This document shows positions 9,350 through 19,869 of a stretch of 64,000 bases of DNA, one piece after another (the stretch's first letter is position 1; each line of letters opens with the position of its first letter). The stretch is from IMG/VR virus record IMGVR_UViG_3300024344_003321, positions 1 through 64,000 of that record. The stretch is one strand, 5' to 3'. The position numbers were made by a program, and so were the translations under genes. Below the pieces are notes generated by a model, which made no database searches, was not told the DNA's origin, and saw only the letters and a program-made list of their open reading frames with translations. This DNA comes from a virus.

Positions 9350-9838
9350 ATGGCAGAATTGATTGATGCTCAAGATATAATGTTTACCCCATTTGAACCT
9401 AAAATGAAAAATAGGTTTATAATGAGAATTGATGGCGTTCCAGCATATATGATAAAAGCTGCAAGTAGGCCTGAATTCCAATCAGAGGAAGTGATATTGG
9501 AGCATATGAATGTAAAACGATATGTTAAGGGTAAGAGTGAATGGATGGAGCAGCAGATTACATTATATGACCCAATTGTTCCATCTGCAGCACAGGCTAT
9601 AATGGAATGGATACGATTATCACATGAATCGGTAACTGGTAGAGATGGGTATTCAGATTTTTACAAAAAAGATGTGAATTTCCAAATGCTTGGTCCAGTT
9701 GGTGACATTGTTGAAGAATGGACACTTAAAGGTGCATGGATTAAAACTGCTAATTTCGGTGAGATGGATTTTGGTACAAGTGAGCCTGCTGATATTACAG
9801 CAACAATCCGATATGACTACGCAATACTCCAATTCTAA
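9350..9838 (+). CDS. Tail tube protein (gp19-like)
   Basis: EPKMKNRF, ITLYDPI, YKKD..FQMLGPVGDIVEEWTLKGAW; follows the sheath gene. Confidence 0.85.
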   Translation: MAELIDAQDIMFTPFEPKMKNRFIMRIDGVPAYMIKAASRPEFQSEEVILEHMNVKRYVKGKSEWMEQQITLYDPIVPSAAQAIMEWIRLSHESVTGRDGYSDFYKKDVNFQMLGPVGDIVEEWTLKGAWIKTANFGEMDFGTSEPADITATIRYDYAILQF

Positions 9839-9841
9839 TAT

Positions 9842-10324
9842 ATGTTAATAACATTTGATGAGATAATCGAGGTTTTATTAGAACACGAAGGTGGTTATGT
9901 TAATGACCCAACTGATTTGGGTGGGGAAACAAAGTATGGTATCACAAAACGATTTTATCCAGATGTTGATATTAAAAATCTAACAAAAGAACAGGCTAAA
10001 GAAATTTATAAAAAAGATTATTGGGTAAAAAACAAAGTCCCACAATTACCCAATAATCTTAAACATATCTATTTTGATATGTGTATTAATCAAGGGCGAG
10101 GGACTGCAGTAAAAGTTTTACAAAGAGCTGTAAATGCAAAAGGTGGTGATTTAAAAGTTGATGGTGGTTTTGGACCAAAAACTATTGAAGCTATAAATAA
10201 ATACAACCTGAGTGCTGACCGAGTTCGTTGTTACAGACTAAAACATTATTATGATTTAGTAAATAGAAAACCTGAACAGGAAAAGTTTTTGTTTGGGTGG
10301 TTTCGTAGAACAATAGAAGTATAG
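9842..10324 (+). CDS. Glycoside hydrolase family 108 lysozyme with peptidoglycan-binding domain
   Basis: HEGGYVNDPTDLGGETKYGIT catalytic motif; VDGGFGPKT; FLFGWFRR. Confidence 0.9.
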   Translation: MLITFDEIIEVLLEHEGGYVNDPTDLGGETKYGITKRFYPDVDIKNLTKEQAKEIYKKDYWVKNKVPQLPNNLKHIYFDMCINQGRGTAVKVLQRAVNAKGGDLKVDGGFGPKTIEAINKYNLSADRVRCYRLKHYYDLVNRKPEQEKFLFGWFRRTIEV

Positions 10325-10332
10325 GAGTTATA

Positions 10333-11079
10333 ATGGCAACAGAAAACCAATTCCCAACGGAAATAATCGATTTACCTAGCGAGGGAAAATTATATCCAAA
10401 GGATAGTCCACTATCATCAGGAAAATTAGAAATTAAATATATGACAGCAAAAGAAGAAGATATTTTAACTTCACAAAATTTAATTAAAAAAAATGTAGTA
10501 ATAGAAACATTGCTAGATTCATTAATTGTTACACCAGGTGTCAAAACGGATGATTTAATTTTAGGTGATAAAAATGCAGTTATGGTAGCAGCACGGATAT
10601 TGGCATATGGTCCAGACTATGAGGCAGAAATACGCGTCCCAGGTACAGATGAAATTATAAATCACACTTTTAATTTAGCTGACTGTCCATTCAAAAAAAT
10701 AAAAGGTAAAGTCACAGGGAATGAATTTAGTACTACTTTGCCCGTATCTAAAGTTAATATCACTTTTAAATTATTAACAGGTGCAGATGAAAAACAAATT
10801 AATGCTGAAATGGTGGCTAGAAAAAAATTAAATAGTATGGTTTCTCCAGAATTAACTACACGGTTAAAACATATTATAATTGCCGTGGATGGTGATTCTG
10901 AATATGCTACAATAAATAGTTTTGTGGATAGTATGTTATCCCGGGATTCATTATTTTTAAGACAAGAGATTGCCAATATGACTCCAGATATTGAAATGGT
11001 TCAAACGGTAGAGATTGGGGGTGCTGAATTTGAGGTAGATATACCAATGACAGCAAACTTTTTTTGGCCTATATCCTAA
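10333..11079 (+). CDS. Baseplate hub assembly / tail assembly chaperone (gp26-like)
   Basis: IDLPSEGKLY, KYMTAKEEDIL, ARILAYG, two repeated domains; ends ...ANFFWPIS on a U7 run. Confidence 0.75.
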   Translation: MATENQFPTEIIDLPSEGKLYPKDSPLSSGKLEIKYMTAKEEDILTSQNLIKKNVVIETLLDSLIVTPGVKTDDLILGDKNAVMVAARILAYGPDYEAEIRVPGTDEIINHTFNLADCPFKKIKGKVTGNEFSTTLPVSKVNITFKLLTGADEKQINAEMVARKKLNSMVSPELTTRLKHIIIAVDGDSEYATINSFVDSMLSRDSLFLRQEIANMTPDIEMVQTVEIGGAEFEVDIPMTANFFWPIS

Positions 11080-11299
11080 AGATAAGCCAAATTTACATCA
11101 TGAAATATTTCAATTAGTATATCATGGACAAGGATTTACACATTCGGATGTATATAATTTACCCACATATTTAAGACGATTTTATCTTAAACATTTAGTT
11201 GATATTAGGGCCGCTGAACAGGAGCGAGTAAATAAATCAACAAATAAACCCACTACACAAATTCATAAACTATCGGTCTCCCCCGGGTCGAAAAAATAA
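11060..11299 (+). CDS. Start-less ORF (gp51-like), probably expressed as a frameshift extension of 10333..11079
   Basis: The +1 frame reads FFGLYPKDKPNLHHEIFQLVYHGQGFTHSDVYNLPTYLRRFYLKHL...KK* (TAA 11297-11299). It has no ATG/GTG/TTG and a TGA at 11048 upstream. Confidence 0.7.
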   Translation, partial: FFGLYPKDKPNLHHEIFQLVYHGQGFTHSDVYNLPTYLRRFYLKHLVDIRAAEQERVNKSTNKPTTQIHKLSVSPGSKK

Positions 11300-11335
11300 T
11301 TATTTAGTATTCTCTGTATTTATTGATATTCGCTA

Positions 11336-11348
11336 TATTTATATATGA
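11336..11348 (+). promoter_or_regulatory. Putative late promoter TATTTATATATGA
   Basis: Exact motif copy upstream of the tape measure operon. Confidence 0.7.
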
Positions 11349-11366
11349 TTACAAATGGAGAAATTT

Positions 11367-11600
11367 ATGAAAAAAAGTTTAGATTATACACAACTATTGA
11401 GTGAAAATTTTTTTACTAAATTGTTCAATTTATTTAAAATAGAACCAGCTGACCAACAGCAAGTAAAAAGTAATAAGAAAATACAAAATAGCTTAAATTC
11501 GTTAAATAAATCCCAAGATGAATTGGAAACTGCATTAGAAGATTTATTAGGTAAAAAAATTGATTTAAATAGATATTCATTGAAAGATTTTTTACGATAA
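11367..11600 (+). CDS. Hypothetical protein
   Basis: Short helical ORF with GGAG SD before ATG 11367 (alternative start 11355). Confidence 0.55.
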   Translation: MKKSLDYTQLLSENFFTKLFNLFKIEPADQQQVKSNKKIQNSLNSLNKSQDELETALEDLLGKKIDLNRYSLKDFLR

Positions 11601-11601
11601 A

Positions 11602-13410
11602 ATGGCTAACAATAATTTAAATATATCAGATTTAAAGGAAGCCCGCAATTTATTAAATGAGATTAAGGATACTATTTCAAATATAAAAAAAGGTTATGAT
11701 GCAGCCAATACTTCACAAAAAAAAGGATTACAGGATTACCAGGCAGTTTTAGAGGAAATTCTTGCAAATGAAAAACTGGACCGAGCAAATAAATTAAAGC
11801 GTGCGAGTTTAATAGATGACTTAATGAAAAGTGATAATTCGTTAAGTTATATTGCTAAAAAACGGGCTGATATACAGCGGAAAATGAATGATGGACGAGT
11901 GAAGGAGGGTGGTGCTGCTTGGAATGGGTATAAAGTAGATTTGAAGATGTTAGATGCAGCGGAAAATAGGCTTAAAACTCAAAAATTAATTGATTCGGCA
12001 TTTGAATCTGGTGATGCATTGGCGGGTGGTATGTTATCTAAGGCTAAAGGTTTAAAGGATACTATGGGTAAGTTCGGGACAAAAGTAGGGTTAGCTACAG
12101 CGGGATTGACAGCAGCAGTTGCAATATTAATTTCATTTAGTGGTAAATTAGACACTATTGGACAGCAGTTTGGTGCTATTGGATTACAAAGTAAGGCAAT
12201 TAAAGGTGACATTTTAGCAGCCGAAGTTGAAGCTACCAAATTGGGTAAATCAATTGAAGATGTTATAAATGTAACCCGTGGATTAACATCTGAGTTTGGG
12301 ATTGCATTTTCAGAAGCAAGACAAATAACATCTGGTATAATCGATACATCAGTTGCACTTGGATTGACAGTCGATGAGGGAACAAAATTAGTTGGTATAT
12401 TGAGTACAGTTGGACAATTATCGACTGATACTGCACAAGTTTTAGCTAAACAAGTTACTCTATTGGCATATGCAAATGATGTTGCACCACAGGCAGTATT
12501 AAGTGATATTGCAAATTCGGCCGAAACTATTGCACTATATACTGAAAAAAGTGGTGAAAATATTGCTCGGGCAGCAATTCAAGCAAAACGGTTGGGAACA
12601 TCATTGCAAGAAATGGTATCATCGCTTAGGCAGACATTGGATTTTGATACTTCGATACGAGGTGAATTGGAAGCTTCAGTATTATTGGGTAGGCAATTAA
12701 ATTTACAACGAGTACGGGAGTTAACTTTAGCTAACAATCTCGAAGGAGCACAGAATGAGTTAGTGAAACAACTCGGTTCAGCAGCCGATTTTAGTAAACT
12801 AAATGTGATACAGAAAGAAGCGTTAGCTCGTGCAACAGGCCTTTCAGCAGAACAGATGGCTAAATTAGTTTCACATGAAAAGGATGCAGTTACTTTAGCT
12901 GGTCAATTGGCAGGACAACCTGGGTTTGATAAATTGGTAGGAAAAAATGCAATATCAGATTTAACTATGATGAACAATCAATTAAAATCTATGGCTGCAT
13001 TGCTCGTTAATATATTAGGTCCTGCAATAAATTTAATTTTTTCTGTTTTGAACCCAGTACTGGAACTGTTGGAGAGCATAGTTAACCCATTAAATAATCT
13101 GATTCGTAGTGAAAATCAATCATTTCTTGGTGCTGGTATGGGAGCAATTGAACCAATTGGGTTGGCAACAGGTGGTTTAGTGATGAAACCTATAAATGCA
13201 AATTTAGCAGAAAATGGGCCAGAATTAGTAATTCCATTAACAGGTACAAATAAACCTGATGATTTATTTGATACAGAGCCAATTGTTGCTGCAATAAGTG
13301 AGTTAAAATCAGAAATGAGAGGAGTAAACAGTAAAATTTCTGGTTTAAAATTATCAACTAAATTAACAAATCGTGAAATAAATGTGGTATTAACACCACA
13401 TTCAACATAA
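11602..13410 (+). CDS. Tape measure protein
   Basis: Ala/Leu-rich helical; LDFDTSIRGELEASVLLGRQLNLQRVRELTL; LATGGLV..P....AENGPELVIPL near the C-terminus; follows the chaperone. Confidence 0.8.
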   Translation: MANNNLNISDLKEARNLLNEIKDTISNIKKGYDAANTSQKKGLQDYQAVLEEILANEKLDRANKLKRASLIDDLMKSDNSLSYIAKKRADIQRKMNDGRVKEGGAAWNGYKVDLKMLDAAENRLKTQKLIDSAFESGDALAGGMLSKAKGLKDTMGKFGTKVGLATAGLTAAVAILISFSGKLDTIGQQFGAIGLQSKAIKGDILAAEVEATKLGKSIEDVINVTRGLTSEFGIAFSEARQITSGIIDTSVALGLTVDEGTKLVGILSTVGQLSTDTAQVLAKQVTLLAYANDVAPQAVLSDIANSAETIALYTEKSGENIARAAIQAKRLGTSLQEMVSSLRQTLDFDTSIRGELEASVLLGRQLNLQRVRELTLANNLEGAQNELVKQLGSAADFSKLNVIQKEALARATGLSAEQMAKLVSHEKDAVTLAGQLAGQPGFDKLVGKNAISDLTMMNNQLKSMAALLVNILGPAINLIFSVLNPVLELLESIVNPLNNLIRSENQSFLGAGMGAIEPIGLATGGLVMKPINANLAENGPELVIPLTGTNKPDDLFDTEPIVAAISELKSEMRGVNSKISGLKLSTKLTNREINVVLTPHST

Positions 13411-13428
13411 TCATTTAGGAGAGAATTC

Positions 13429-16224
13429 GTGGGTTTAGAAAATTTAAAAAGTATTTTTAGTATAATAGATAACCCATCTATAACACACCAATCTGGTAGA
13501 TTTACAGGTGAAATTGGACCATTACAAAACTTTCATCCTAACGAAAACTCCAATTTAGATTTTGATATAGGTATCCCTACAGTTGATTTTTTTAATTCAA
13601 CAACTTCAATATATGGATTCGATTTGGGTCAGGATTCTCCGATATTAGGTTTTTCTAAAAAAATGGGTCCTCCCGGATATTCTTTTGGTGATGGGGATGT
13701 TGGTAATAGTTTTTTGAGTAGAGTAAATACACCATATGAGTTAAATTCGCTCCCAACCAGAACAATAAACATATCTGCGGCAGACTTAATACCTACAAAA
13801 TTAGGGTTTGGTGATTTAACATTGCAGGGAACGGGTGCAGCATTGAACAAACCTGATTGGGTAAGACAGGGGATAGCAGGGTTAGTCGATGTTATACAAA
13901 CACCATTATTTAGACCACCTGAAGAAGGTGGGATATTTGGTAATAGTATTTATGATAAATTATCTGGGACAGTTGATACTGTTACTGATATTTTAGGGGA
14001 ATTTGAGGTTGGGTATCAAATATATAATGCTGTTACTAATAAAACTTTGGGGTTAGATACGATAAATAATCTTTTTGGTCCAGTTGATTTTGAAAATGGT
14101 AAAATTGTTCTGGGTGGGCACCCAATACGATACCATGACCCTGAAAAAAGTGGTGAAAGTCAACTATACGAAAGTTTTAGTAATGTTGTATCGCCAACAG
14201 ATGCAGCAACGGCAGAAAAATATGAGGGGCAATACCGAGGAACTGCATTTCAAGTCTTGGGGTTTAATAAAACCCCGAGGGAAAAAGTTTTAGGTAATAC
14301 AGACCCGATAACAAGAGTTATTTCACACCAAGGAAAATTCAATGATAGGAGATTTTTAGGTCGCGTTGATGGTAGATTGGGTGGATTCACATTTGACCCA
14401 AGTTTTATATCTATAACGGGTGGTTCTATAAACTTTAACCAGGGAAAAATTGAAGCATATAAACATATATTAGACGATACTGCACAAAATATTAAAGATA
14501 AGTTAATAGAGAAAAAAAATGATACAATTAATTTTTTTAAAGGTATGTCGGCTAAAGATGTTCTCTTTTCTGGAGACGATTTATCTGGGTTGAGAGGTAT
14601 GAAACTACCTTTTAGTGAAAATGAACATATTAAAGCTATAGCAGAAGGCATGGGGGGTGTATTTAAAGACATAGGAGGTTGGGGTGCCCCGATTTTATCG
14701 AATATTAGTAATTTATTTAAGGTAAATATATTACGGGTTCCCATGGGAACTGATGCAGGTGAGTGGTACGGGGGTAAATTATCAAATTTTGGTGATACAT
14801 TGAAAAATTCCAAGGTTGGTAAAGCAGCTTCAAAAATAAGTATTAAGAATATTAAAGGTTTTGCTGAAGATGTTAAAAAAACTATACAAAAATTTAATCC
14901 AATTACATCTGTCGATTTACCCATATTGAAAATATCAAATCCTTTTGCAAATCATTACAGTGAGTATGGGACGCCTGCTAATGCCCAAACTATGAATTTA
15001 TATGATAGGTATAAGGACCTCGATACATCATTATTGCAATTTCAAGAAGGTTTTTATAAAGCACAAGCTGGTGATAGAACAAATAGTGTTACTAATAATT
15101 TACCTGCTGCTTTAGCTGTTTATGATATAACAGCAAATAGTAAAAAAGGTAATTCAATGCTTGTTGAAAAATTTATAAAAAAATTAAATGTTCCGTTTAA
15201 ATCACAAAATAATGTTTCAATAACAACAAAGAAGCAGGCTTCTGCACACTTTAAATCTTCAATTAAAGCAGCAAAAACTTCAGCATTGGCAGGTGTTGCT
15301 GGCAAATTAACAAATAATTTACCAAAATTAGCGTCTGTATCGGGGTTCGGTCCAATTGGTGGAGGGTTGAAATTACCTGGTGTATTAGGTAAAGGTAAAG
15401 TGTCAGATAATAAACAGGAAATTAACGCGACAGGAACAACACATGAAGATATGGGGAAAGAAACTTACGGTGGAGGCCCAAATACGGGGGTAATACAGCC
15501 ATCAGGTTTTTATCCTGCAAAATTGCAACCATCACAAGAAACTGGGCAACCGGCAGACTCTATGACTTTATCGGAAATTAAAGGTGATTTAACTGCTAAT
15601 CATATTGCTGGAGCTGGTTATGATGTATATGGGGATGGTACTAATGTTATTGAAAGTGAAGATAATGGTATGCCAGTGTATTTTAGAGATTTACGCGATG
15701 GTAAATATATAATATTTAGAGGATATATTAATAATTTAACAGAACAATATTCACCGACTTGGAACCCAGTAAATTATATAGGACGCAGTGAACCAGTGTG
15801 GACATACGAAAGGGCTGAGCGAGATATGAATTTTTCGTTGAAATTATTTGCCGGTTCGGCATTAGAATTGAATGCAATATATGGTAAATTGCGGGTGTTA
15901 TCTTCTTTTGTTTATCCTGAATACGATAATGACAGCAACTTGGGTGGTAAGATGAGAATGAAGCCACCACTATTACAATTTAGGTTAGGTGAGTTATATG
16001 GTAGTAATGGTGCAAATGGGTTTGAACAAACATGTTTTATGAAAAATCTAGGTTATACATTTGATGATGTTAGTACATGGGAATTTAGAGCAGGGCAGAG
16101 GGTTCCTAAATTAGTGATGGCAAATATTTCTTTACAGATAATTCATAAAACGCCACCAAATAAAAATACTAAATTTTATGGTTACGATGGTAGTTTTGAA
16201 GGTAATAAACAACTAACTTTATAG
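13429..16224 (+). CDS. Baseplate/tail-tube initiator-like protein with long N-terminal region
   Basis: C-terminal IIFRGYINNLTEQYSPTWNPVNYIGRSEPVWTYERAERDMNFS...PPLLQFRLGELY pattern typical of tube-initiator domains. Confidence 0.6.
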   Translation: MGLENLKSIFSIIDNPSITHQSGRFTGEIGPLQNFHPNENSNLDFDIGIPTVDFFNSTTSIYGFDLGQDSPILGFSKKMGPPGYSFGDGDVGNSFLSRVNTPYELNSLPTRTINISAADLIPTKLGFGDLTLQGTGAALNKPDWVRQGIAGLVDVIQTPLFRPPEEGGIFGNSIYDKLSGTVDTVTDILGEFEVGYQIYNAVTNKTLGLDTINNLFGPVDFENGKIVLGGHPIRYHDPEKSGESQLYESFSNVVSPTDAATAEKYEGQYRGTAFQVLGFNKTPREKVLGNTDPITRVISHQGKFNDRRFLGRVDGRLGGFTFDPSFISITGGSINFNQGKIEAYKHILDDTAQNIKDKLIEKKNDTINFFKGMSAKDVLFSGDDLSGLRGMKLPFSENEHIKAIAEGMGGVFKDIGGWGAPILSNISNLFKVNILRVPMGTDAGEWYGGKLSNFGDTLKNSKVGKAASKISIKNIKGFAEDVKKTIQKFNPITSVDLPILKISNPFANHYSEYGTPANAQTMNLYDRYKDLDTSLLQFQEGFYKAQAGDRTNSVTNNLPAALAVYDITANSKKGNSMLVEKFIKKLNVPFKSQNNVSITTKKQASAHFKSSIKAAKTSALAGVAGKLTNNLPKLASVSGFGPIGGGLKLPGVLGKGKVSDNKQEINATGTTHEDMGKETYGGGPNTGVIQPSGFYPAKLQPSQETGQPADSMTLSEIKGDLTANHIAGAGYDVYGDGTNVIESEDNGMPVYFRDLRDGKYIIFRGYINNLTEQYSPTWNPVNYIGRSEPVWTYERAERDMNFSLKLFAGSALELNAIYGKLRVLSSFVYPEYDNDSNLGGKMRMKPPLLQFRLGELYGSNGANGFEQTCFMKNLGYTFDDVSTWEFRAGQRVPKLVMANISLQIIHKTPPNKNTKFYGYDGSFEGNKQLTL

Positions 16225-16233
16225 GAGATAATC

Positions 16234-16530
16234 GTGGCAAGATATAAGAACACTAACATCAATACATATACAGCAAGACCTGATAAAAAGCACTTGGATA
16301 ATATTACTAAGTATGATACTACTATATATGCAGTTGTCCCAGAAACTAATGAGGATTTATTTATTATCACAACTGAAGGTGACAGATTAGATAATTTAGC
16401 TTACCAATTTTATAATAATTCAAGGTTATGGTGGTATATAGCAAAAGCCAATAGCCTAAATTTTATGACGATAGAACCAGGTACCCGTTTACGAATACCA
16501 TCGTCTGCAGCTTTTGCAATAGGTGATTAA
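16234..16530 (+). CDS. LysM-like baseplate protein (gp53-like)
   Basis: EGDRLDNLAYQFYNNSRLWWYIAKAN...PGTRLRIP. Confidence 0.8.
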   Translation: MARYKNTNINTYTARPDKKHLDNITKYDTTIYAVVPETNEDLFIITTEGDRLDNLAYQFYNNSRLWWYIAKANSLNFMTIEPGTRLRIPSSAAFAIGD

Positions 16531-16532
16531 TA

Positions 16533-19500
16533 ATGGGTAGAATAATTGAAATGCAGACACATTGGTCTGGTGGTAAATTTACCAGTGAGGAAGATGCTAA
16601 ATTAAAAAAATCAAAAAGTAATACAACTTCCGATAAACAAAATAAAGAGAATAAAGGTCCAATTAAAATAGTTGAACCACCAAATCAAGTTGTTCAAAAG
16701 CGTATATTTGGTCAACCAATCGATACTAAAATACATGAATTGTTGCAACAAAGGCAATTTAATAATGCTGGTATAAATCCCAATCAATCTCGGACTGTTT
16801 CAGTAACTGGAGGAGGGCAGGCAATACCTGGTGGTAGTGTAGCAGGGGGATTTGAACTTGAACCTATTGATGTAGTTGGTAGCAGTAAAAATAATTTCAA
16901 TACATTATCTGAGCAAACATCATGGGCAAGAATGTGGACTGCAGTACGAAATACTTCATTTACGGGTGCCAAAGGTGTATCAGAGCAAACAGTTAAAGAT
17001 GCATCAGAGTCAGAGAAACATTTTTATTTTGAAAAAAATGGAAGATATTTTAAGATGGATAAAACTATTCTCGATACTATGGTGTATGAATTGGGTAATA
17101 GTAATTATAGTACCTTCGTGGCATCACCAAATACACCAATTACTTCTACTGTAACTAATAGTCCGACAGCAAATGCAGATGAGACTTCTACATTCAGTGC
17201 TGAACTTAGTGCAAATCAATTTCTAAAACCCCCTGCAGGATTAATTTCTATTGATTCAACTACTGAAGGAACATTGGGGGCTATAAAGCGAACTACGGTA
17301 AATTTTATGGTGCATAATTTTTATGATTTTGAAAATATTTATCTGAAATATTTTTTAAAACCTGGTGCACTATTATTCATTGATTTGGGTTGGAGTGATT
17401 CAGCAATGTATGATAACCGTGCATTAGTTGAAGAAAATGGTGGTAAGGATATGGAGAAAATGCTATTTGGACGGGATGGTGTATTAGATAGGTACCCAGG
17501 AGAATTAGAAATAATAATGGGATATGTTACACACTATACATCAAAGGCTTTGGCAGATGGTAGTTTTGAATGTAGTGTGGAGATAATTTCAAAGAATGAG
17601 ATATTAATAAATAATCAATTGGATGAAGCGAGTGGTGTAAAAAATAAGACTTTTTCATTTATGGGTCCATATTTAATTAATACACTGATAGGTGAACTTG
17701 GTATAGAACTCGGAACTATTTTTGCTGATATAGACCCAAATGTAGAAAAAATTAGTGAAAATGATGTTGCAGCAGAGCAGGACTATATTGAATCATGGGG
17801 TAGAATATTATTTGGTGGTGGGCATAAAACAACTGATATACCTAAAATTGGAATCGAGAGGGGATTATATTGGCAAGAAATACCATACATTGATACTAAA
17901 TCTGGTGTGTTTGGTAGAAAAAAACGAAAATATAGCAATGGTAAAAACTTATATATTACTTGGGGGTTCTTTGAAGATAAATTTTTAAATAACGAATTAG
18001 GGTTATTTTCAGATGATGAAATGAGCACACTTTCAAATTCAATAAATGCAAAATTTGATACTACTAATTCATTTGTGCCATTAGATGCAAACCTACAAAA
18101 ACGGCAATATTCGATTTTAGACAAATCGTCATTGGTTTTCATGTATCCGACAAAATGGGGGGTATTAGAGGATAAAGATAACGATGAATATTCCAGTTAC
18201 AGTTATGTACAAGGTAAATACTCTGGTTTACAACGGCAGCATGAAAATCTAGGAGTGTGCCCAATATCTGAATTATGGATAAGTTTATCAGTAATCCAGC
18301 AAGCGTTTTCAGAGTTTGATAGCGTTAGTGCAGCATTGATTGACATAATGGATACTATATCTGCAGCTGCATTTGATATATTTAGTTTAAAATTGAGTAC
18401 TAATGATAATGCAGTAACTTCACTATCCGTTGTTGATAGGAATTTTACAGATATGGATACTCAATCCTTTAATGATTTATTTGTGTTTAAACCTCATTCT
18501 CCGCAGTCTATCATTACAGATATGCAACTTAATTACACAACTCCACAGAATGGGTTACAGAACTTAATAGCTATACAAAATACTATATCACCAATGTTTC
18601 CTAATTCATCTAATATTGATATGAATTTAGCATTAAAGGGGTTGATGGCGTTTGACAATACCAATACATTTGAATATTTGCCGCAATCCGACACGGGTTT
18701 GTTGAAATTAAAATCACGGATACAAGAAAATGAAATTTCGTCCCAAAATAATAGTAGAGTTGAAGTGTCAACTGGTAATATAAACTCTGATAATGTAACT
18801 TCTGCATTAAGTAATATATATAATGTTGAAACAGATGACTATGAGGACAAAGTGAGTCAGTTGGAGGACGCAAGAGATGAGTATGTACGGGCTGCATTCG
18901 AGGATGAAGCAGAGCAAGTAACGAATGGTTATGGGTTTAACCTCGGGGGTCCATTCAGTGGTGGAAAATCGACAACTAAACCAATTGATGATGAATCTAC
19001 TAAAAAAATTAAAGGTGTTGTTGATTATACTTATGTAGATTCATTGGAAGAATATTATGGGTTGTTAGCAAAAAATAAATTTTATTTTGAAACATTTGAT
19101 ACGATTATTCCAATGGAGCTAGAACTATCTATATATGGTATATCGGGTATTGCTCCTGGTGATTTATTTAAGGTAGATTATCTACCATACCAACTCAGAA
19201 GTAATATATATTTTCAGGCAATAACAGTAAGTCAGACACTTACTGCATCAAGGTGGACTACCCGTATAGTAGCAGTTCCTCGTGTTAGACGGAAATTAAA
19301 ATCAGATTTAGTATCAGGCGATATTCCAATATATAAAATCAATGATGCAACTAATATACGATTAACAAAAAAATTCTTGTTGTCACAAGGTGTTAGCCGT
19401 AATGCTGCATGGTTATTTACAGATTTTACAGTATTGGATGACCCCAGGGTCAATCAATATAATGATATTTTTGTAGTTAAAGGTTTAGTATCGGCCGAGT

Positions 19501-19808
19501 CATTACAGGATTCATCTATATGGGATAATGTTGTAATGACGGGGGAAAATAAAGAAGGTACTTATAATAATTTTACAAATAATTTACATTCTTGGTTTAC
19601 AGATAAAGATGAATATGAAAAAAATTCAGAGTGGTTTCCATTAGAAGTAGATTTTGCTGAAGGGGTATATGTATATGTAGTAGTATCTGGATTTAAAAAT
19701 TTAGTTTTGCCAGGTAAAGCTAACAAAAACCTTGGTGAGTGGATCCAAAAAATTGTCTGGATAAGCCACCATTCTACAAAATTAAGGATGCAACCATCAG
19801 TATCATAA
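16533..19808 (+). CDS. Baseplate hub-like structural protein
   Basis: 1091 aa; PPAGLISI..GAIKRTTVNF, LKPGALLFIDLGW, ELSIYGISGIAPGDLFKVDYLP; last gene of the tail module. Confidence 0.55.
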   Translation: MGRIIEMQTHWSGGKFTSEEDAKLKKSKSNTTSDKQNKENKGPIKIVEPPNQVVQKRIFGQPIDTKIHELLQQRQFNNAGINPNQSRTVSVTGGGQAIPGGSVAGGFELEPIDVVGSSKNNFNTLSEQTSWARMWTAVRNTSFTGAKGVSEQTVKDASESEKHFYFEKNGRYFKMDKTILDTMVYELGNSNYSTFVASPNTPITSTVTNSPTANADETSTFSAELSANQFLKPPAGLISIDSTTEGTLGAIKRTTVNFMVHNFYDFENIYLKYFLKPGALLFIDLGWSDSAMYDNRALVEENGGKDMEKMLFGRDGVLDRYPGELEIIMGYVTHYTSKALADGSFECSVEIISKNEILINNQLDEASGVKNKTFSFMGPYLINTLIGELGIELGTIFADIDPNVEKISENDVAAEQDYIESWGRILFGGGHKTTDIPKIGIERGLYWQEIPYIDTKSGVFGRKKRKYSNGKNLYITWGFFEDKFLNNELGLFSDDEMSTLSNSINAKFDTTNSFVPLDANLQKRQYSILDKSSLVFMYPTKWGVLEDKDNDEYSSYSYVQGKYSGLQRQHENLGVCPISELWISLSVIQQAFSEFDSVSAALIDIMDTISAAAFDIFSLKLSTNDNAVTSLSVVDRNFTDMDTQSFNDLFVFKPHSPQSIITDMQLNYTTPQNGLQNLIAIQNTISPMFPNSSNIDMNLALKGLMAFDNTNTFEYLPQSDTGLLKLKSRIQENEISSQNNSRVEVSTGNINSDNVTSALSNIYNVETDDYEDKVSQLEDARDEYVRAAFEDEAEQVTNGYGFNLGGPFSGGKSTTKPIDDESTKKIKGVVDYTYVDSLEEYYGLLAKNKFYFETFDTIIPMELELSIYGISGIAPGDLFKVDYLPYQLRSNIYFQAITVSQTLTASRWTTRIVAVPRVRRKLKSDLVSGDIPIYKINDATNIRLTKKFLLSQGVSRNAAWLFTDFTVLDDPRVNQYNDIFVVKGLVSAESLQDSSIWDNVVMTGENKEGTYNNFTNNLHSWFTDKDEYEKNSEWFPLEVDFAEGVYVYVVVSGFKNLVLPGKANKNLGEWIQKIVWISHHSTKLRMQPSVS

Positions 19809-19812
19809 AATG

Positions 19813-19846
19813 CTTGTTTTATATATAAAAAAAGTGTTATATTATA
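19813..19846 (+). promoter_or_regulatory. Putative early (sigma70-like) promoter
   Basis: cTTGTTT(19814)-N18-TATATT(19838)ata; the same architecture occurs at 24598, 31687 and 36204. Confidence 0.65.
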
Positions 19847-19869
19847 GTATATAGTAAATTAGGTTATAA

